A DNA stretch of 64,000 nucleotides, taken from positions 898-64,897 of the forward strand of contig DQIQ01000002.1 of assembly GCA_003942085.1 (NCBI GenBank), given 5' to 3'. Of the stretch, positions 56,675 to 64,000 are shown piece by piece. How positions within the stretch are numbered: the stretch's first letter is position 1; each line of letters starts with the position of its first letter. The notes below the pieces were generated by a model. That model had not been told where the DNA came from, made no database searches, and saw only the letters and a program-made list of their open reading frames with translations. Position numbers and translations under genes: made by a program. Source of the DNA: Thermoplasmata archaeon (GTDB lineage: Archaea; Thermoplasmatota; E2; DHVEG-1).

Positions 56675-58603
56675 ATGAAGAAATTCATACCAATCTTAGT
56701 AGTATGTATTTTGGTCCTGAGTGGACTAGGGGCAGCTGCGTTCACCACGAACGTCTCAAATAAACAAGCAACGATTGCAAAAAACGAATCGACATCGGTT
56801 CTCTTTTCATCGCAACCTGTGCAGTTGGAGAAGGATGGATTTGTTGAAATCTCGGTCGATGGTGCGACGACAAATTTGTTAGTACCTAATAGACCGGTGT
56901 TGCCTATTTATGTTAAGACATATCAGATCCCGTTTGGATCGACGAACATTCAGGTCGTCTGTACTCCTAAGGATATGGGTACGTTGACTTTGACGAATGA
57001 GATCATCCCTGCTCGTATAGCTCCGTTGTCAAAAATGAGTGAGCGGACAGAGTATGTGAAGGATTCATCCATCTATGGTAGTGCTGAGTTTTATCCAAGC
57101 AACTGGTATAGTGTTGATCTTGGTGCTGGTCGTAATGAGAATGATGTAGAAGTGACCTTTGTGAAAGTGGTGTGTTATCCTGTTCGGTATTCACCGTTGA
57201 ACAATGAGGTCGCGTATGCTGGTGGCTTTGACATTGACGTTGCTTATACTGAGCCGATGAAGCAGCCGAAGTCTCTTGGTGCTTCTTATGATATGGTCAT
57301 TATTGCTCCTGCGAAGTTCCAATCAGCGCTTCAGCCGCTGATTGACCATAAGAACAGCAAGGGTGTTGCTACCCAGTTCAAATCGGTTGAAGATATCCTG
57401 GCTGAATACACAGGGTATGATCAACCTGAACAGATTAAAATGTTCATTAAAAACGAGTATGATAATTCGAACATCACCTACGTGTTATTGGTCGGTGGTT
57501 TGAAGTCTCATATTTTCGCGAAAGATAAGGATACCCGGTCTGCTGGTTGGAAAGCCTGGTGGGTCCCGGCCCGTTATGTGAGTATGCCGCAGGATGACGA
57601 TGAAGGGTGTTTATCTGATCTTTATTATGGTTGTTTATATAACGCAACTGGTGTTTTTGATAGCTGGGATTCTAATGGTGATGGTGTGTATGCCGCCTGG
57701 AACGCGCCTGGTGCCGCAAAAGATACATTCGATATGAACCCGGAAGTCTATGTCGCACGACTAGCATGCACGAATGAACGCGAAGTCAAAGTAGTCGTTA
57801 AAAAGATCATTACGTATGAGAGCACTGGTCCTGAGGCGAAACCCTGGTATAAGAACTTTGTCGGTGTCGGTGGGAAAACCTTTGCCTTTTTCGAAGGAAA
57901 ACCTGACGGGGAATATCTCAATGATCTCGCTTACAACCTCACAAAACACGCAATCCCCGATTTGACGCTTACCACATGTTACAGCTCAAACAGAGACACT
58001 GGCGGACGAACCCCAACACCTAAAGATATCGAAAAATCCATCACTGAAGGAGCTGGGTTCGTTGATTTCGAAGGACATGGAAATCCTTACTCATGGAATA
58101 CTATTTGGTTTGATGGTGTCTATCCCGTAAATTGGACTGGTGGTCTGAACGTCTTTCTGTTCCCACGTATCCGCAATGGTGATATGTTACCTGTCGTTGT
58201 TGTCGGTGGGTGCCACAATGCGCTGTATAATGTTTCAATGATTCCTGCCTTCCTCGATAGAAACAGAACTAGAACCGATTATTTCTGCTATGGCGTTCCG
58301 CTCCCGGTCTGTTTTAGCTGGGGTCTTGTCGTAAAAACTAGTGGTGGTGCGATTGCTTCAACGGGATGTACCGGGTACGGTTTCGGCAACGGAGGCGACC
58401 CGAATACTTTGAGCGGGGCTCTTGAGATGAACTTCTTCTGGCAGATTGGTTATAACAATGTTACAAACCTTGCAAAAGCACACAGCCAGGCCATTTCGAA
58501 GTTTATTAATGAAAACGTCATTGATCAAACCGGAGCCTTCTGTATCACCAACTGGGCGCTCTTCGGTGACGCAAGTTTAAAACTCGGTGGATATTCCTCG
58601 TAA
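56675..58603 (+). CDS. exported peptidase C25 (gingipain-like) family cysteine peptidase
   Basis: 642-aa ORF with a signal/anchor (MKKFIPILVVCILVLSGLGAAA). The C25-like layout is YDMVIIAPAKF...YVLLVGG, the catalytic-His context FVDFEGHGNPYSW, and the catalytic-Cys context VVVVGGCHNALY. Confidence 0.7.
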   Translation: MKKFIPILVVCILVLSGLGAAAFTTNVSNKQATIAKNESTSVLFSSQPVQLEKDGFVEISVDGATTNLLVPNRPVLPIYVKTYQIPFGSTNIQVVCTPKDMGTLTLTNEIIPARIAPLSKMSERTEYVKDSSIYGSAEFYPSNWYSVDLGAGRNENDVEVTFVKVVCYPVRYSPLNNEVAYAGGFDIDVAYTEPMKQPKSLGASYDMVIIAPAKFQSALQPLIDHKNSKGVATQFKSVEDILAEYTGYDQPEQIKMFIKNEYDNSNITYVLLVGGLKSHIFAKDKDTRSAGWKAWWVPARYVSMPQDDDEGCLSDLYYGCLYNATGVFDSWDSNGDGVYAAWNAPGAAKDTFDMNPEVYVARLACTNEREVKVVVKKIITYESTGPEAKPWYKNFVGVGGKTFAFFEGKPDGEYLNDLAYNLTKHAIPDLTLTTCYSSNRDTGGRTPTPKDIEKSITEGAGFVDFEGHGNPYSWNTIWFDGVYPVNWTGGLNVFLFPRIRNGDMLPVVVVGGCHNALYNVSMIPAFLDRNRTRTDYFCYGVPLPVCFSWGLVVKTSGGAIASTGCTGYGFGNGGDPNTLSGALEMNFFWQIGYNNVTNLAKAHSQAISKFINENVIDQTGAFCITNWALFGDASLKLGGYSS

Positions 58604-58605
58604 AC

Positions 58606-58645
58606 GAGGACTTTCCTCTTTTTTTTTTATTTTTTTTCTTTTTTC
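58606..58645 (+). terminator. short hairpin (GAGGA-CTT-TCCTC) followed by a long oligo-T tract
   Basis: It lies immediately after the C25 peptidase stop. The T-rich run TTTTTTTTTTATTTTTTTTCTTTTTT is at 58619-58644. Confidence 0.55.
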
Positions 58646-58659
58646 ACAAAACAATAGCG

Positions 58660-58673
58660 AAAAAAAGAAAAAA
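58660..58673 (-). terminator. oligo-T tract (minus strand) downstream of the GAPDH-family gene
   Basis: The plus-strand AAAAAAAGAAAAAA reads as T-runs on the minus strand. It sits ~25 nt past the stop at 58697. Confidence 0.4.
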
Positions 58674-58696
58674 TAGTATCTTGGTGAACGAAACGT

Positions 58697-59764
58697 TTAT
58701 ACTTCTTGCATGAGAAATGCACCAAGGCATTTTAGTTTCTCTTCGTACGAATCAGGAAATAAAAATCGCTCGGTAGCAGCAATGCTGCTCAGCAGTGCGT
58801 TCCCATCTTGTGGAGTGAAGCAGAAACCGACAACTTCGTTATCATTAATCACATGAATCGTTGGGATGACCACCACCGTTTGATCTAAGATCCTGCCATA
58901 GTGTCCGTGATCTCTCCCAAATGAAAAAACAAGGTTCGCTGATTTTTTATAGGTGACTGCAACCCGCGGGTTCTCCATAAACTTCTTAATTGCCTCCTCT
59001 TTTGTGATTTTCGAATCAAGTTTCAGGTCGTACCAAATACAATGCATGTATTGAGTATTAAGCTTCATAGCACTGGAAAACACGTTTAGGTTAATTCCTA
59101 ATGTTTTGTACAGATGATACACATCAACGGCATGGTGAGTCCCCATTTTCTCGTCCTTATGGGTTCCGACCTCGGGAGAGGGTACAAAGCTTTTCACCTG
59201 ACTGATATCATTGGCTCGTCTAATGCAGAGGAACCTCCCTTCTTTCAAGTGGCTTTTTTTCTTCTCAATTGCTAGAGTATGGATAAGGACCGCCATATTG
59301 TGCGTATTGCAGCTCACCACGTGTATAAATTGATCCTTTTTGGTAATCGATTCATCGTTGATTCCAAGAGCATACATCTTTCCGAAGCCAAACTCAGAGC
59401 CTTGCGCGATAAATCCTTTGATTTTATTCTTGTATTTATTGTAGTATTTTTCTTTGTTCATCAGTCCGGTGCCTTTTGGTGTACAGTCGATAATGACCGA
59501 TGCTCGTTTGATTGCTTCGTCAGCTTCATACATTGGTTCAAGCCCAAGCTCTTGAAATTCTTTGACCTTATCACTAGCGACACAGAGGTTTGCACCCCTG
59601 TTTATCATACCTTTCATTTTTGGTCGATCTTCAAGGGTAGGACTATGTTTGTAAAACGTTACTTCGTCGATGCCAAGATCATCTTTTGCATCGCACAACA
59701 ATCCAATCAATGGCTCTCCTATTGTGCCTGTACCAACAACGTGAACAATATTTCCATTATTCAT
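58697..59764 (-). CDS. type II (archaeal) glyceraldehyde-3-phosphate dehydrogenase-family NAD(P)-dependent dehydrogenase, divergent
   Basis: 355-aa ORF with a Rossmann N-terminus VHVVGTGTIGEPL, IIDCTPKG, the catalytic-Cys context HVVSCNTHN (canonical archaeal GAPDH has SCNTT), and RRANDISQ...GTHHAVDV. Confidence 0.5.
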   Translation of the reverse strand: MNNGNIVHVVGTGTIGEPLIGLLCDAKDDLGIDEVTFYKHSPTLEDRPKMKGMINRGANLCVASDKVKEFQELGLEPMYEADEAIKRASVIIDCTPKGTGLMNKEKYYNKYKNKIKGFIAQGSEFGFGKMYALGINDESITKKDQFIHVVSCNTHNMAVLIHTLAIEKKKSHLKEGRFLCIRRANDISQVKSFVPSPEVGTHKDEKMGTHHAVDVYHLYKTLGINLNVFSSAMKLNTQYMHCIWYDLKLDSKITKEEAIKKFMENPRVAVTYKKSANLVFSFGRDHGHYGRILDQTVVVIPTIHVINDNEVVGFCFTPQDGNALLSSIAATERFLFPDSYEEKLKCLGAFLMQEV

Positions 59765-59900
59765 TTTACAACTCCCCGTAAGTTAAAAGTGTAATTGATA
59801 TGGTGCATTTAATTGTTACTATTATCTTTATTTTTTATAAAATTTTAATGCTTAAAAATTCCGATAAACTTATTTCTTTATAGGAGATATCTGGTCGTCT

Positions 59901-60551
59901 ATGGATATTTTTACCATACTGGGCAGGGACTATGATTCTAACATGTATGTTGTTGTTGGTGAGGTCCCAACCATTATTGATACCGGTACTGGTTTTTACA
60001 CCAAAACGATTATTAAGACAATTCAAAAGATAGTCAAATTACATCAGATACAACAGATACTTCTCACCCATGAGCATTACGACCATGTTGGGGGCGTCCA
60101 AGAACTTGTTCGGGCGACACAAGGAGCAGCTCGGGTTTTTGCTCATAAGGATGTCGTCTCAAAGCTAAAGGCGGGAAAAAGCACTTTTGCGGAGATGCTC
60201 GGTGGGGTGATGCCAAAGATAGATGTTGACGTTCCCTTGATCGATGGAAAACAATTGGTCCTAGGAGATCAACCATTCGAAGTCCTTACCACACCAGGTC
60301 ATAGCATTGGAAGCCTATGTTTTTATAGCAAAAAATGTGATGTTCTTTTCTCCGGTGATACGATTTTTTCCCATGGCGGTTTTGGCCGATACGATTTTCC
60401 TGGCGGTGATTTTAATTCATTGGTTCAATCCATTGAACGATTAGCAAAACTTAACGTTAAAAACCTTTATCCTGGTCATGGTTCTATCGTTGAAACAAAT
60501 GGGGCAGATCATGTGTCAGAAGCGCTCATTAATATCCAGGCGTTGATGTAG
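59901..60551 (+). CDS. MBL-fold metallo-hydrolase
   Basis: 216-aa ORF with THEHYDHVGG, TPGHSIGS and a C-terminal PGHG. Confidence 0.85.
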   Translation: MDIFTILGRDYDSNMYVVVGEVPTIIDTGTGFYTKTIIKTIQKIVKLHQIQQILLTHEHYDHVGGVQELVRATQGAARVFAHKDVVSKLKAGKSTFAEMLGGVMPKIDVDVPLIDGKQLVLGDQPFEVLTTPGHSIGSLCFYSKKCDVLFSGDTIFSHGGFGRYDFPGGDFNSLVQSIERLAKLNVKNLYPGHGSIVETNGADHVSEALINIQALM

Positions 60552-60815
60552 ATGCCGCATGTTCGAGTCATTCTTAATGAAATCAAATGGACAAAGGATA
60601 TGACAAAAGTAAAAATATGGTATGTTCACCGTGGAGCATTGCATAACACCAAGATAATCTCCGGTATTGAAATTACCGGCATCGGGCGGTCGTTTCTTGA
60701 AACAACCTCTGCTTCAATCCCGTATCATCGTATCACCAAGATTCTCTATGAGGATGACATAGTTTTTGATCGATGGGCTATCCATTCTAAGGATAAGCAA
60801 ATATTAAAACGATGA
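60552..60815 (+). CDS. UPF0248/DUF504-family small protein
   Basis: 87-aa ORF with VILNEIKW...IWYVHRGA...IPYHRITKILYEDDIVFDR, typical of the family. Confidence 0.7.
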   Translation: MPHVRVILNEIKWTKDMTKVKIWYVHRGALHNTKIISGIEITGIGRSFLETTSASIPYHRITKILYEDDIVFDRWAIHSKDKQILKR

Positions 60816-60854
60816 ACTGTTTTCACGGATTGTATATAAGGAGGCATTAAGGGT

Positions 60855-62124
60855 ATGTCAAAAACTGAAAAAACATCTGTTGTGTCAGGTTTCTATAAAC
60901 TCCCTATTGAAAAACGAAGAGAATTTGTCACCCAGTTTGTGAATTTAAGTGATGACGATGTTAAGATTTTTTCTTCATGTCTTGATCTCGCAACAGCAGA
61001 CCGAATGATCGAAAATGTCCTTGGAACCTTTGAATTACCACTTGGATTGGCAGTGAATTTTCTCATCAATGGCAAGGATTATATCATCCCGATGGCAACG
61101 GAGGAATCCAGTGTCGTAGCTGCCGCAAGTAATGCAGCAAAAATCGCTCGCCTCAAAGGTGGTTTTTCTGCCACCTGCTCTGAGCCGCTTATGATTGGTC
61201 AGCTGCAATTGTTACACATCAAGGATGTTGTCACTGCTGCGCAGGAGATCCTTAAGCATAAAGAGCAGCTTCTTTCGCTTGCTAATGATCAGGATAAAAT
61301 CCTTGTCGACTTAGGTGGTGGAGCACGAGACATAGAGGTCAGAATCCTTGATAGCCCCCTTGGTAACATGATCGTAGCCCATCTTATTGTCGATGTGCGT
61401 GATGCGATGGGTGCAAACGCAGTCAACACCATGTGCGAAGCATTAGCACCAATGCTGGAAGAGATATCTGGTGGAAATGTCAGACTGAAGATACTTTCAA
61501 ATCTGGCTGATAAACGACTGGTAAAAGCAACCGCTATCTTTGATAAGGAAAAGATGGGGGGAGATACTGTGGTTGACGCATTTCTTGAATCCTTTATGCT
61601 TGCCTTTATCGACCCATACCGAGCGGCAACCCATAACAAAGGAATCATGAACGGTATTGATGCCGTCATCATCGCAACAGGGAATGACTCTCGTGCCATT
61701 GAAGCTGGCGCTCATGCATACGCTGCACGCAACGGTCAATATACATCGCTGACGAAATACTACAAGAATATAGAGGGAGATCTCGTTGGTGAAATCGAAT
61801 TACCAATGGCGGTCGGCGTGGTCGGTGGCGCAGCGAATATGCATCCAAAGGCAAAACTCTGTCGAAAGATACTTGGAATAAGTACAGCAAGGCAGCTTGC
61901 TGAGGTCGTCGCAAGTCTCGGTTTGGCTCAAAACTTTGCTGCACTCTTTGCCCTGTCAACGGTTGGTATTCAAAAAGGACACATGTCATTGCATGCAAAA
62001 AACATCGCGGTCATGGCTGGTGCACAAGGAACGGAAATCGAAAAAATAGCCGACCAACTTGTTCATGACGGTAAAGTAAAACTCGATTATGCAAAAGAAT
62101 TGTTAGAAAAAATAAGAAAAAAGG

Positions 62125-62132
<8 letters not shown>
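60855..62132 (+). CDS. hmgA: hydroxymethylglutaryl-CoA reductase, class II type
   Basis: 425-aa ORF with ENVLGTFELPLGLAVNFLINGKDYIIPMATEESSVVAAASNAAK, DAMGANAVNTMCE and GIQKGHMSLHAKN. Length and N-terminus fit the soluble class II form. Confidence 0.88.
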
Positions 62133-63563
<1,431 letters not shown>

Positions 63564-63645
63564 TTATAGAGGAAATTAAATAAAAAATAAAATTACAGAA
63601 GGAAATTTATTAATATATGTGGAATGCTTATACTCTTTGAATATT

Positions 63646-64000
63646 ATGTCTCGAGAGAAAAAATCTCAAGTAGATGATTTAACGAAACTACGGAGGATTT
63701 TAGATAACTCGTCAGACTCTAATATTGATGCTCTTTTCTCAGAGAATGAGAAAGCACTCACCTCAGTTCGCAGAAGATTGAGAGGCGCTCCATTAAAAAC
63801 CCAACTGCAACCTGACCGCTTTTCCCGTACGATCCATTCCCTGGAACCCCGGGTTTATGTCCATCCAAAGACCACAGTTGCTCCTCGTTTAACAATCCCT
63901 GTTCAGAAATCTAAGCCACCGGTCGTCCTGCCTGAATTTGAATTAGTATCAACTTCCATACCAATAAAGACCATTCCTTCACCGGAAGTAACCTTTACAT
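63646..64000 (+). CDS. hypothetical protein, N-terminal part (runs off the window)
   Basis: The frame is open from ATG 63646 to the window end: MSREKKSQVDDLTKLRRILDNSSDSN...PVVLPEFELVSTSIPIKTIPSPEVTFT. No recognisable motif. Confidence 0.4.
   Translation, partial: MSREKKSQVDDLTKLRRILDNSSDSNIDALFSENEKALTSVRRRLRGAPLKTQLQPDRFSRTIHSLEPRVYVHPKTTVAPRLTIPVQKSKPPVVLPEFELVSTSIPIKTIPSPEVTFT

Noticed and set aside
59279-59794. 171-aa plus-strand ORF
   Set aside because: It is antisense to the GAPDH-family gene, has a Phe/Ile/Lys-rich A+T-driven composition and shows no motifs.

Overview
This is an archaeal chromosomal segment, moderately A+T-rich and almost fully coding. I saw no rRNA, CRISPR array, transposase or integrase.

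Gene content, left to right:
1. A truncated 2Fe-2S/FAD oxidoreductase gene.
2. The conserved rpoH-rpoB-rpoA1-rpoA2-rpl30e-nusA operon on the minus strand. rpoB is unsplit.
3. tRNA-Lys(UUU) and queE.
4. The archaeal 'exosome superoperon': psmA, SBDS, rrp4, rrp41, rrp42, rpl37ae, rpoP, pcc1.
5. purA.
6. A 13.7-kb tightly packed minus-strand heterodisulfide-reductase cluster. The order is hdrC, hdrB, hdrA, a 1510-aa HdrA/GltD-like/HdrA fusion, mvhD, an FrhB-like Fe-S protein, a duplicated HdrC-like protein, a 1026-aa tandem HdrA, and osmC.
7. A malic enzyme, then a group-3b-type [NiFe]-hydrogenase operon with a fused beta-gamma subunit and a maturation protease.
8. A visibly more A+T-rich accessory block, all on the minus strand. 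It encodes a CcdA/DsbD-like membrane protein, a MoaD-like Ubl, a ThiF/MoeB-type E1, an exported thioredoxin-fold protein, a membrane hexapeptide acyltransferase, two transglutaminase-like proteins, a SAM methyltransferase and a HerA-like ATPase with an EndoIII-type Fe-S cluster-loop tail.
9. dph5 and a ribosomal/translation cluster (rnp4, rps19e, PDCD5-like, rpl39e, rpl31e, eif6), interrupted by an exported beta-helix protein.
10. thrS, purP, a 5-formyl-THF cyclo-ligase and an ATP-grasp enzyme.
11. A 720-bp A+T-rich intergenic region, then an exported C25 (gingipain-like) peptidase.
12. A divergent type-II GAPDH-family gene, an MBL hydrolase, a UPF0248 protein, a class-II HMG-CoA reductase, and pyrI-pyrB.

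Unsplit rpoB, class-II HMGR and an exported C25 peptidase are compatible with a Thermoplasmata-related, sediment-type lineage. That is inference only.

The items most worth a second look are the multi-HdrA cluster and its link to NAD(P)H and H2 modules, the HerA-FCL fusion with its translationally coupled transglutaminase cluster, and several conserved genes whose N-termini lie upstream of any ATG/GTG/TTG codon.

All functional calls come from reading the translated ORFs for motifs and gene order. No database search was possible.
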